In this document: positions 1 through 11,630 of the stretch, piece after piece
Layout of the letters: the number at the start of each line of letters is the position of its first letter
Numbering within the stretch: the first letter of the stretch is position 1
NCBI GenBank assembly: GCA_964016885.1
Contig: OZ024743.1
Location: 153,140,001-153,204,000, forward strand
Direction of reading: 5' to 3'
DNA from: Eledone cirrhosa
Lineage: Eukaryota
Length of the DNA stretch: 64,000 bases
Position numbers and translations under genes: made by a program
Notes under the pieces: model-generated
Seen by the model: only the letters and a program-made list of their open reading frames with translations
The model's database searches: none
Told to the model about the DNA's origin: nothing

Positions 1-197
1 CCACAAATGTCCCTCGGAAGTCTCCCCCCTATTGGGGAATTTTTCTTTGTTATTTTATTACATCCTCTGTTTTTTACACGCAGAAATGCCCATTTGTACC
101 GTCCTGTATTGTCCTGTACTGTCCTTAATGTCTACTTTATGTAAACCCTTGTGGTTAATAAAGAAAATATTATTATTATTATTATTATTATTATTAA
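1..197 (+). mobile_element. 3' UTR end of a Tx1-like LINE followed by (TTA)n
   Basis: Matches the 3' UTR at 45628-45661 and the reverse complement of 6850-7030; ends CCCTTGTGGTTAATAAAGAAAAT then (ATT)n. Confidence 0.85.
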
Positions 198-1598
198 ATG
201 TTTATTCTTTTCATTTAAATTTTATATATTAAAAAAAGAATTGGTTTCTTCATCCTAATTTATTTATATTAAATTAATATTACAAATATAGTCAGTTACT
301 TCATTTTCCTAATCAGAAATATCTACCAAATTCCAAAGAGTGATCTAACTAATGAAGGACTATTTTGAAAGAAGTAAGATACACCTCACACATGGGCAAA
401 ATTTCCACCACATTCAGATTTGAATCCACACACCTTGAAGTCCATATAAAAAATGGTTTAAACTTCAGTAAAAGAAAATGGACTACTCTCAGCTTCAACA
501 ATGTGTTTTCCTGTTGTATGAGCAACAGGATAGCATACTAATTAATTGAATGTGTATGCGGCTGAGTATTCCACAGACATGTATACTTGGGTTTCTCTCT
601 TGGGATCCTGTTCTGCTTTAAACTATTTTGGATTTCCTGGTAAATGCTTTTCCTATTTTATTTATATTTGACATCATTATTGACGACATTCATTAGTATT
701 CTATATATTGTATGATTTATTTTCATTGTATTGAACTACTTCAAACAAATTTCCAAATTGTTTGTTTGGTGGTGGATTGACAGAATTGTTAAAGTGTCAG
801 ATGCCGTGGGGCATTGATTCCAGCTTTCTTGCATTCTGAATTTTTGAGTGGAAGACTAAATCAGTTGCTTTGTTTAACAACCCCACCCTGTTCTCTGATT
901 TTCTTTGGTTGTGTGCTTTTGAACCAGGTATCCAGTTTGAGGATAACTGCTTCTCTTGATCTTTTGTTTTGCTACCCATCATCTGAGATAACTTTAGATT
1001 CCATTGTATAAAACCATCCTTTTTAATGCATTTATTTTCAAATTTAAACCGTCCATCATAATTTTAAGTAAAAATCTTTTGTTAAATTATATTTCGAACG
1101 CTAGCTTATTCATGGAAAATTTAGTTATTTTACTCAATCTCTCCAAATTCTTGCTTATTAAAATAAAATCAAGGAATTGCATGAACAACGTATTTTTGTT
1201 AGGAAATGATAATGAAAAAGTTAAATAAAAACATCATATCTAGTGTATAAGTTGAAGATAAACTATTCATTTAATCAGCATACTAATTGTAGTCATCTTC
1301 TTATTATGAATTGCTATCTTAAGATTAATATCTTAAATATGTGGTCTCCATTTTTAAGATGAAGAGTTTGTTGGGGGCAAAATATTGTAGTAATATTGGC
1401 AGGTTAGGAAACTTATGGTTATACCTTTTAATTGGTGTGGTTATTTTTGTGTTGCAACAATTATTTATGGATAGCCAGAATTAGTTTTACATGGGTAAAA
1501 ACTATATGGCACAGGGTGAATTAATTGCACAAAGCATTCAGATCAAAAGATCAACATGTCAAACTGTAGCAAGCCTACTAGAATTGTGATCATACTGT

Positions 1599-1826
1599 TT
1601 AACCCTTTAGCGTTTAAACCGGCTCTATCTGGCCAGAATTCTCTCACCTATTTCTGTTCAAACTGGCTATAACCAGCTTCTCATACTGATGTTAAGTTAT
1701 TGTTCTCAAAATAAATAATATAAAAATCTCATAGATTCGATATTATGTGAGATAATAATGTAAAATAAAGGGTTTACCACAAAATACAACAGTATATATA
1801 GAGTAATGTAAATGCTAAAGGTTTAA
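1599..1826. mobile_element. piggyBac-type MITE
   Basis: TTAA-CCCTTTAGCGTTTA at 1599-1616 and TAAATGCTAAAGGT-TTAA at 1809-1826: ~14-bp imperfect terminal inverted repeats (left one starting CCC) with TTAA flanks. Confidence 0.7.
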
Positions 1827-3018
1827 AATATTTAATCCCTATATTAAAACCAGTCAGAATGTTCTTGAAGAAAACTCGGTTGTTAGATTAAACAGGTTGA
1901 AGAACTACATATTCTATTTTTAGTTATATGTGCACTGTTGTGTGATGGGAGGCTATCACTGTGCTAGGTCTGTCAATGTTATCAACTCCCTATAGAATCT
2001 ATTGTAACTTCATTTCCCTATTTCACTATATTTAGAAACTGTGTTTGGAAAAAACATAGAATCATAACTCATATTTGAGATTCCAATAAATATCTTTATT
2101 GAGAAGACAATGTAAAATTCTTCCATTGTTTTCTCTTTGTTATACAATAATATTGCCATATTGAGCTACTTTCATACAGTAAATTATTTCCCATTTCTCT
2201 AACAGTTTTTAATCCAAAGATATGTAATGCCTTATGGATCTTAGTGAATTGTAAAAGAATTAACTTACATAAAAGTACTTCTCAAGAGAAAATCCAGATG
2301 AATAACAAATAAATAATGACAGCTTTGAACTATAGTACGAATGTTGTTTCTATCTCTAAATAGCAATTTATCGCAGTGAAGTGGGTGTAGAGAGGATCTA
2401 AAATCCAGACACTTAGCTATATTATAGAGAAGAATTTAATCATCTAGATATATCCCACTAGATTATTTTTATGTTATATATTCATTTCTCATAGTGGTTA
2501 TATCTATAGCAAAGTCCCAGAAGATACTGATATGCAAAGATTTAAACAGAGTAACTATTAAAATGTTAAGATGCACAGAAAGGATATGATGCATTTCTTG
2601 TTCATGATTTAATGTTCTTCATGTTCTTGGTGTTTTGCATCTTTTTCATATTCATTTTTTTCTTCTTCTGGTTATTGTCTTTTATCTTTTCCTTCCTTCT
2701 TACTCTGTTATCTTTTCTTCATTTTTTTACTCATTTTTTTCTTATTTTCACATGCTCTTTCCTTCCTGTCTTGTAAATAACACTACTGCTACCACTGATG
2801 TAAAAATGTCCTTTCAGATTTGATAAATTAGGGTTTAAAAGTGAAGGTGTTTAACTTAGAAAGCAACAAAGTACTGCCTAATAACAGTATAAGAATATAA
2901 ATTGATAGTTCATATCTTATGGTAATGTTTTCGATACTTAGTTACCATTAAGTAAAAAGGAACATACCATACTGCATTAAAACAGGAAATATATATATCA
3001 TTGAAGAAAACGCATGTG

Positions 3019-3477
3019 AAGGCGCATGGCTTAGCGCATGGCATTGGGCTTGCAATCAAAAGGTTGTGATTTCAATTCTTGGACTGGGTGATGTGTTGTT
3101 TCCTGGAGCAAGACACTTTATTTCACATTGCTCCAGTTCACTCAGCTGTAGAAATGAGATGATAGGACAGGGGTCCCTATCATTCCACTGTAAAGTGGTC
3201 GTGGAGGTGCCACTGCAAAAGAGTACCCAGCCCACACTGTAAAGTGGACGTGTAGGCGCCACGGAAAAAAAGCATCCAGAACTCACTGTAAATGAGGTTG
3301 GTGTTAGGAAGGGCATCCAGCTGTAGAAATCAAGCCAGAATCAGTTCCTGTATGAGCAAGACATGGTCAGCCAACCGGACACAGCCCACAACAGGATAAC
3401 CAGTCTAACCCATGCTAGCGTGGAAAAACGGACGTAAAACGGTGATGATGATGATGATGATGAGGATGATGATGATG
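3019..3477 (+). mobile_element. tRNA-derived CORE-like SINE with RTE-type 3' tail
   Basis: Decayed A/B-box head; CORE-like GAGCAAGACACTTTATTTCAC...CAGCTGTAGAAATG; tail CGGACGTAAAACG-(GAT)n resembling the RTE 3' end at 52013-52065. Related copies at 46301-46575 and 61420-61750. Confidence 0.75.
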
Positions 3478-3599
3478 AAAACAAGCAGCATAGAGTTCCT
3501 TTAATCAAAGCCAAACTGGGCTACACACAACATCAACAAATAAATTTATAAACCAGAGATTAACGCTTTATACTACAGCATCAACAACATAGTAACAAC

Positions 3600-5230
3600 A
3601 CAGTAACAAGGGGTTAGCCATGTGAGCCCAATGAAAAGCTTCCCCATTTTTTCCTACCATCTGCATCCTCTCTTGGATTTTATTTCCTTCTCTTTCATCA
3701 TTAGCCATATCTTTTTTGGACTGTCCATTCTTGTAATTCCTTCAACATTTATTTCCATCATTCATCTCACCAAGTCACATGATCCAACCATTTCATTCCA
3801 TTTCTATTTATAATATTCTATTTCTACCATCCACTGCTTGATTCAACTCTCTCAGTGATACTTCTCTCATCTATCAAATTGCTATCATTTCTATTCTTTC
3901 CAGCTTTCTTTGCTGCACATGTTGACCATACCTTTCTACCACCTCTTAATCTTCTTCCTCAGTCTATTCATACTCCCTTTTATTATCACCAGATCCTCTG
4001 TATACAGCAAATTCCATGGTAAATCCTCCTTTAAACTTCAATTGTAGTGAACTTAATACTGATGCCTGATTCACTCCAGCCTTTATTTAAAACTTGGTAC
4101 TGTTCCTGTCTTTCATTTCTAATGACTATACATGCTTTCTCATACATTGTCATCACTATTTTGGCAGTATTGGTAGAGAGTCGGACGCCATGCTTTCCAG
4201 CATAGTTACGTCCCTTTACGATCTGAGTTCAAATCCCGCCGAGGTTGACTTTGCCTTTCATCCTTACGGGGTCGATAAAATAAAGTACCAGTAATGCACT
4301 GGGTAATTGCTGGCCTTGTGCCTAAAGTAGAAACAACTATTATAACAAAGCATTTTTTTTCCTCCCAACTCATTCACTGCCAGTGTCACTTCTTCAAATG
4401 GAACCCTATCAACATTTTTCTCTAGATTAACAATCCAAAGAACAAATTCTTCCCCTTGTTCTTATACTTCTCCCGTAACTACCTCACAAGAAGAATTGCA
4501 TCAGTCATTCCTTCTCCTGGCACAAATCGAAATTGCCTTTCACAATTTTCACTGTTTCCCTTATTTGTTTTTCTAAGACTCCTTCAATGCCTTCAATTCA
4601 TGTTCCAATAAATTACATGTTTTATATGAGCCACAGCCTAGAAAATCACCTTTCCTCTTGTACAGAGAGATGAGATTACTCAAGTCTCAAATCATTGTAA
4701 CATAGACTTCTTTCCCCATCAACCTATATCTCTGTCATTTTATTACACTGTCTTTAACATATACTTCACAACACCTCTCAGCCATTCTGAATTTACACAT
4801 TTCATCTTTTTCAATGCTCCCTCAAATTCTTCCTCAGCTATTTTTCCTCTACCAGTTTCAGAAAAGGATTGCTCTCTATGCTGCCATCCCAGGCTTTTTA
4901 TACATCTCTTCTACTTTTTTTTAATTCTATACGAGTCGATAATTTCTCTCCCTTTTCCCTCAAATAGTTCATCTCTGTCACATCCCACCTGTGTCTGACC
5001 CTCTGAATTTATTCATTCTCTAAATATTCTTCTGTATGCTATGCGGTAGTGCCTTTGTCACTTTGTTTTGCAGACCTTCTGTTACCATACTCCTCACTCT
5101 GACATTTACTGAATCTCCCCCTTTTTTCATCAATTCACTTCACAGCTTCATCATCCAACCTCCATGTTTCCAGATGTCTTAATTTTCCTTTTGTACATCC
5201 ACACACACCAACAAACAGCTCTTAATGCCC
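3600..5230 (-). pseudogene. highly decayed RTE-clade LINE RT relic, interrupted by a SINE
   Basis: Minus-strand remnants such as QFRFVPGEGMTDAILLVR and PWNLLYTEDLVII parallel QFGFEPGKSRTDALFLVR and PWELLYADDLVLI of the RTE at 52-54 kb. Confidence 0.6.
4161..4342 (+). mobile_element. tRNA-derived SINE (Meta-like central domain, Tx1-like tail)
   Basis: A box TGGCAGTATTGG, B box GAGTTCAAATCC, central GCCTTTCATCCTTACGGGGTCGATAAAATAAAGTACC; nine related copies in the window. Confidence 0.85.
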
Positions 5231-5559
5231 CATCTTTTAAGGATGTCCAATTCATTCACATTATTTTTTATCATGCTAAATTGTGTGAATAGTTTCTTGT
5301 TGATAACCAATAGAATTCTAAGATAACATATATGTTAAAGCCGACGTTGTCTTCTCTTATTTTATAATCATTTAGGATAACTTATTTTTCTTGAATTAAA
5401 GAAAATTGTCACAATTTAGTTTTTTCCTGTGCAGGCTCAGGCATACCTAGGTGCAGGTATGACTGTGAGGTTAAAGAGTATGCTTCACAACTATGTATTT
5501 TGGAGTTCCATCCCACTCTGATACACCATGCACAAATGCCTTCTACTATGGCTTTATGT

Positions 5560-6600
5560 TGACTAATGCCTTAAAATATTGAATGAAGAAAAGAGGAAAG
5601 TTAATAGAAATAACAATGACGAATGAACAAAACAAAGAAAGTTGTTCGTTGTCTTCAAGGAAGCTGGATTAAGAGAAAACTCCAACAGAAATTGTAAACA
5701 CACAAAATCTAAATTGGAAACAGACCTCCAGTATGCCATGTTAAAACGATGGTGAGGAAATCCATTATATGGCCAATACCTGAAAAAGCTGAATAGAGAG
5801 GAAGTAGATAAGCAAAATTCATAAAATTCAGCTACGAAGAACTGGACCAAAAGCTGAGATGAAAGGCTTTCTAATTGCAGCACAAGATCAAAGCCACCTC
5901 ACCAGAAACCTGCAGAAGTACATAATGAAGCAGAACACATTATGTAATTGAAGAGACAATCAACCATATAATATCTCATTGAACAGTCTTATCCAAAACA
6001 TAATGCATCCACAGTCAGGATAAAGTTGGGATTTACATACTCTGGAAGTTATGCCAACTTTATGAAACACCAACAGAAAAAAGATTGTAGAGAGATACAC
6101 TAAAAACGGTTTCAGAGAATGACAATGCAACCATTCTCCATGATTTACACACAGGTAGGGAGATCAAAGCCAACTGACTGGATATTATAGCCAAAGAACA
6201 CAAAGAAAAAATGTCTTCTAATTGATGTATCAATCCCCACAGTCCATAATATATCTATCAATGAAATGGAGAAAATATTCAAATATAAAGATTTAGAAAT
6301 AGAAATAGCCTGAATGGGGTTGACGAAAACAGAAAAAATATCCAAAATAATAGGTGCCCTGGGAATGATATAAAACTCAGACAGATACATAACCAATACA
6401 CCTGGACTTGCAAATATACACAGCATACAAAAAATAGCACTATTATGCACTGCATGCATATATGAATTGTACTCTAAATACAATTAAAAAATACAACCAA
6501 AAACTACAAGGCACATACCCAAGGCGCACAGAGCTGCACATGGTAATGCAATGTTGACATATAATAATAATAATAGTAAAAATAATAATAATAATAATAA
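5560..6600 (+). pseudogene. decayed 3' part of an R4/Dong-like RLE LINE ending in (AAT)n
   Basis: Frame-broken remnants (PLYGQY, GFLIAAQDQ, CLLIDVSIP, KYKDLEIEI, IIGALG) match the C-terminal RLE region seen at 17019-17471 and 31757-32026. Confidence 0.7.
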
Positions 6601-6782
6601 TTGTTTCTACTTTTGGCACAAGGCCAGCAATTACCTAGTGTATTACTGGTACTTTATTTTATCGACCTCGTAAGGATGAAAGCCAAAGTTAACCTCGGCG
6701 GGATTTGAACTCAGAATGGTAAGGGTCGTAACTCTATGCGTCAAAGCATGGCGTCCGACCTTCTACTGATACTGCCAATCCA
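6601..6782 (-). mobile_element. Meta-like tRNA SINE
   Basis: Reverse complement of the 4161-4342 family; flanked by (AAT)n. Confidence 0.85.
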
Positions 6783-6789
6783 CAATACC

Positions 6790-6828
<39 letters not shown>

Positions 6829-6844
6829 TGCTGTTTCCAATGCT

Positions 6845-7408
6845 CTCTTTATTAACCACAAGGGTTTACACAAAGTAGACATTAAGGACAGTACAGGACA
6901 ATACAGGACAATTCAGGACGGTACAAAAGGGCATTTCTGCGTGTAAAAAAAACAAAAAAACAGAGGATGTAACAAAAAAGAAACAATGAAAAAATCTCCA
7001 ATAGGGGGGAGACTTCCGAGGGCCATCGTGGAGAAAGCCCATTAAAAAAGCCACGGTGACCCTGACCACCAGAGCAAGTGCCCTCTCCCAGTTTTCCACC
7101 TTCAATTTACAGGCACATACTCAGAGTAGATCCATTCACTCAGGCCATTTTTGCCTCTCTCACCCATCTTTCAACAAAATGCTGGGAAGAGAGCACTTAC
7201 TTCTGTACCCTGATTTTCCTTTTCAAATGAAATTTGAAAAAGTTAATTAGGGCATCACCGAAGAGGTAAGTGCTCGTCTTCAGCCCTTTCAGACGCGTCC
7301 ACCATACTATCTCTTTCCCCATGGTCACCAGACAGATAAAAACTGCCCGCCCTTCCCGGCTAAAGAAAGAGGGCGGAGCAATCCTCACGATGGACTCAGC
7401 TGATAGCC
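6845..7408 (-). mobile_element. 5'-truncated Tx1-like LINE (ORF2 C-terminus and 3' UTR)
   Basis: KEIVWWTRLKGLK...FFKFHLKRKIRV motif; near-identical to 45250-45660. Confidence 0.9.
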
Positions 7409-10400
7409 TAATAATGGTTTCGTTATTGGCCACAAGGGCTGACACGAAGAAAAACATTAGAGACGGCTAGAACAGTACAGGACGATACAAAGTGGGTTTT
7501 GGTCGTGTAAACAGGTTATAACAAAATTGTGCCAGAAATTAAAAAAATTCAAACAACAAAAATTCCCCCAAAAGGGGGAAACCTCTGAGGGTTACTTATG
7601 ACGAAAAACCACACAAAAAAGACCACGGCCACCCTGACCACCAGGGCAAGTGCCTTCTCTCAGTTTTCCCACTCTTCACTCAACAGGCGCATACTCAGAG
7701 CAGGCCGGTTCACTTGGAGCAGATTCGCCACTTTCACTCACCTTTCAACAAACTTACTAGAAGACAGCACTTGCTTCTCCACCCTGATTTTCCTCTTCAA
7801 GTGAAACTTGAAAAGGTTAATCAGAGATTGGCTGGAGAGAAAAGTGTCGGTCTTCAACCCTTTCAACCTTGTCCACCACACAATCTCTTTCGCCATGGCC
7901 ACCATGCATATGAAAACTGCCTGCCCTTCCTCCTCTTTAAAGGAGGATGGCGGGGCTATCTGCACAATGGACTCAGTCGATAACCGGATCCGTCCTACAC
8001 GCAACAGCAGCTGTTCGACATAGCTCCACAAGTCAGTAATGCATGGACATTGGACAAGTGCGTGCAGAATGGGTTCGTCAAGCTGTGCGCATCTCGGGCA
8101 GGTACGTCTGACAGCACTTCCGTGCCTGTAGAGTTTATCCCAAACAGGCAGTGCCCCCCGGTAGCACTGCCAAGCAAGGGACTTCTGGAAATTGTCCATT
8201 GTCCCCGGCTCGAAATTCCTCTGGAACAGACTGGTCAGTTCGACTTCGTCGAGGCCCACACCATCTCCGAGTGCGTCATCGCACTTGCCCACCACTAATG
8301 CTCTATAGAACTTGAGAGTTGAAGTTCCACTGATCGCATTGCCCGCTTGGTAGAGGGCAGTGAGTGCCTGACAACATTCCAGGTGCAAGTCACCCAGTCT
8401 CGGTCACTTCTTGATCCAGGACTACAGCTCAGTCAAAGAAACGAGCTGCAGAAAGACACGTCTGATAAACGGCGACCACACATGTTCACCGTTTAGGCAG
8501 AATATCTGGAAATGTCGCAGCCTCAGCGCATGTCTGCGCATCATTAGCCATGGCATGCCCAGCCATCCGTGTAGAGAGTACTGGCAGCAGATATACCGCC
8601 TCACCAACGGAACTTGTCCTCTCCACAAGAATTTGAAGAGGAGCCGTTCCAACTTGGTGAGACGCGGACGGGTAAAGCCACGACGGTCAGGCGGTAGTAG
8701 ATGACGGACGCGATGTACGTATTCGCCACCTCCGCGCGACCTTTCATGGATAGCTTCTTCGCTGCCCATCTTGGGGTGAGACTGGCTACCCTGCTCCTTA
8801 CCTCGTCCCAATTCTTTTTCCACCTGGAGGCCTGGACCAAACCAAAGCCCGAGCAACTTTACCGCCCCATGACGCTATTGGACGGCATTGACTTGACTCT
8901 CCAGGTTCCGAGCTGCAAGCCCACCGAATTTTCCGGGTTAAGTTTGGCTTCTGTCAACCTTTCATATTCCTACAATAAGGTGCCGACCACCTTGATTTCT
9001 TAGATGTCCGACACCATCAGGGTGATGTCGTCCGCATAAGCTGACACAGCCTTTCCACGTCCCGGTTCGAGCGGGATGCCCTACAACAGCTCCATCTTCA
9101 GCAGTAAAGGCTCGAGAGTCAATACGTACAGAAAGGAAGAGAGAGGGCACCCTTGACGGACCGATCGGGAAAGCCGAAATGGTTCCGAGATGTGGCCATT
9201 AACCTTGACCACCGAGCATGTGCGGCTGTGCATTGCAGCGATCCAGCTTCTGAAGACAGGGCTGAAGCCAGATGCTTTGAAGACAGCCTCCAGATACCGA
9301 TGGTCGACCCTATCGAATGCTTTCGATTGATCTAAATTGATCAGTGCCCCACCGAAGCCAGGTTTACACTCTACCCTCTCTATGATGTATCGCATGAGAT
9401 GGAGATTGTCGTATATGGACCTGACTGGGATTGCACAAGTTTGCGCCTCCCCAAGCAAATCCTCGACGATAAGCACCAATCTCTTTGCTAACACCTTGGC
9501 CAAAATCTTAAACTCTCTGTTGAGCAGAGTTATGGGTCTGAAGTTGTCTAATGTATCCCTCTTGTTCTCGTCTTTCCTTATCAGCGTCACCACTTCCCTG
9601 CTCACAGAACTGGAAATACTCCCATTCCGCTGCCAGTTGCAGTAGAGCGCTTGAAGGAGATCGGAGAACAAGTCTGGCATATTTACGTAAAGCTCGTAGG
9701 GCAGGCCATCCAAACTGGGTGACTTGCGTCTCATGCAGCCGACAAGGACGTCCTTAATTTCGGCTGAAGTATTCGGTCTGTCATAGCGCTCAGCGTCCAC
9801 CGTCAAGATGCGTGGCAAGCCGTCAAGGTAGGGACTGAAATCCGCTACTCTCTCCGACCCGCCACTCTCCCCGAACAACCAAGCAAAGTGCTGGCGAAAG
9901 GCCTCACACATCCGCTTGGAATCGCTTATCTCGTGTCCGTCTAGGTCCGCCAAAAACTGAATTGTGGTTTTATTACCATGCTGTGCCTCCGCCACGTGTG
10001 CCCATCAAACAGCTTTGGTTCTCTCGTTTCTCAGCGCACGCACCTTTTCTTTAACAATGCAATCTTCGTGTCTCGCATTGAAGAAATGGTCTAATGCCAT
10101 TCTCGCCGCTAGCATCTCAGTTGCAATGCCACTACAAATAGCCTCGTCTAACTTATCTACCAGCTCCCCCTCCTTTCTATTTTTCTCTAACGCTAGTTCT
10201 TTACTGAACTCTATCGAAGTTACTCTAATCTCTCTTTTGAGAGCCCCCCACTGTTTGTTGTTGATGATCCACCCTGTCAACTTTTTCTTAACTAAATTGT
10301 TGATTCGGTCCCTGTAAGCCTTACGTGCCGGAAACAACATGTTCAGCTTCCAGTAACCCGAGACCAACCTACGCGCTTTATCTAGGTCGACTATACAGAT

Positions 10401-11220
10401 CACAAATTTGTGATCTGAATAGGCGACCGTTTTAAAAGCTGGGCAGCCTACACTATTTCTATCTATTTTCCTAATGAAGATCCTGTCTATATACGATCTA
10501 GATGACCCTATGCGGTTGATCCACGTCCACACTGGCGCATTGGGGAAATCTACTCGATACCTGTCAGGAAGTTTGGAACTGGCTGATTAGGTGCTTGAGG
10601 ATTTTGCACCCCTGCTCCTATCAGCTACCCCCATACAATCCCAGCGCGTGTCTAAGATGCCGTTCCAGTCCCCCGCTAACAGTAAAGTGCGAGACGTACT
10701 CAGAAAGGTTTCCAGGCGTCTAAAGAAGTCCGGTCGTCCAGCCCTAATAGGGGCATAGAGGGCCAGCAGTCTAAAAGTACCACCTTCGCTACTGCTCACA
10801 TCCAGGACCACCAACTTACCGTCCGGGAAGATTGATCTTACCTCGAAATCCAGGCGTTTCTTAAACAGCACTGCCACCCCACCTCCCATTCCTGGCCTGC
10901 TAACAGATGTGAAGATCTGATAGTTGTCGAAAATGGGGGCCAGTGCGCGCCTGTTGGAAATCCTGGTCTCGCTGACGGCAATCAGATCCAATTCCAGAGA
11001 CCTGCGGTCGTTGAGTAGGACCGAGACATTTAAACTTACTACTTTAATATGGCCATGTTGCCAAGCTAAAAGATAGAGGGAAGGTTTACTTACCTCCCGG
11101 GATCTTGTGAAGGTCGGGTGGTTCGACCGCCATAGTTAGTGGGGTTTCTTTAGGGAACCGCTTTAAAAGTCTCGATGTGGGTTTCACATTCGGGGTTCCC
11201 ACGTCTTGAAGAAAGCTCTC
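7409..11220 (-). mobile_element. Tx1-like LINE with decayed ORF2 (APE endonuclease, RT, C-terminal Cys/His motif) and the end of ORF1
   Basis: Consecutive frameshifted ORFs 10587-10991 (IAVSETR, LLAGDWN), 10005-10532, 9081-9995 (FRPITLLN, DQSKAFDRVDH, RQGCPLS) and 7738-8388 (CPRC...HALVQCP). Confidence 0.92.
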
Positions 11221-11235
11221 TCTATAATAATAATA

Positions 11236-11436
11236 ATTGTTTCTACTTTTGGCACAAGGCCAGTAATTATCCCAGTGCATTACTGGTACTTTATTTTATC
11301 GACCCCGTAAGGATGAAAGGCAAAGTTAACCTCGGCGGGATTTGAATTCAGATCATAAAGGGGCGCAACTCTTTGTTGCAAAGCATGGCGTCCGACCCTC
11401 TACCGATACTGCTAATCCACCGCCAATCCACCGCCC
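11236..11436 (-). mobile_element. Meta-like tRNA SINE
   Basis: Family match; CTCTATAATAATAATAAT occurs on both sides (probable TSD). Confidence 0.85.
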
Positions 11437-11438
11437 TC

Positions 11439-11472
<34 letters not shown>

Positions 11473-11474
<2 letters not shown>

Positions 11475-11630
11475 TGTTTCTACTTTTGGCACAAGGCCAG
11501 CAATTACCCAGTGCATTATTTATTTAATCGACCCTGTAAGGATGAAAGGCAAAGTTAACCTTGGCAGGTTTTGAACTCAGAATGGAAAGGGCCTTAACTC
11601 TATACGTGGAAGCATGGCGTCCGACCCTCT
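11473..11630 (-). mobile_element. Meta-like tRNA SINE, 5'-truncated
   Basis: Family match; abuts the (ATT) tail of the Tx1 copy at 11631. Confidence 0.8.

Noticed and set aside
600-1230. Possible old Penelope-like coding relic on the minus strand
   Set aside because: Only vague compositional similarity, with no motif I can defend.
4161-4240. tRNA gene suggested by A and B boxes
   Set aside because: No cloverleaf; it is the head of a multi-copy SINE.
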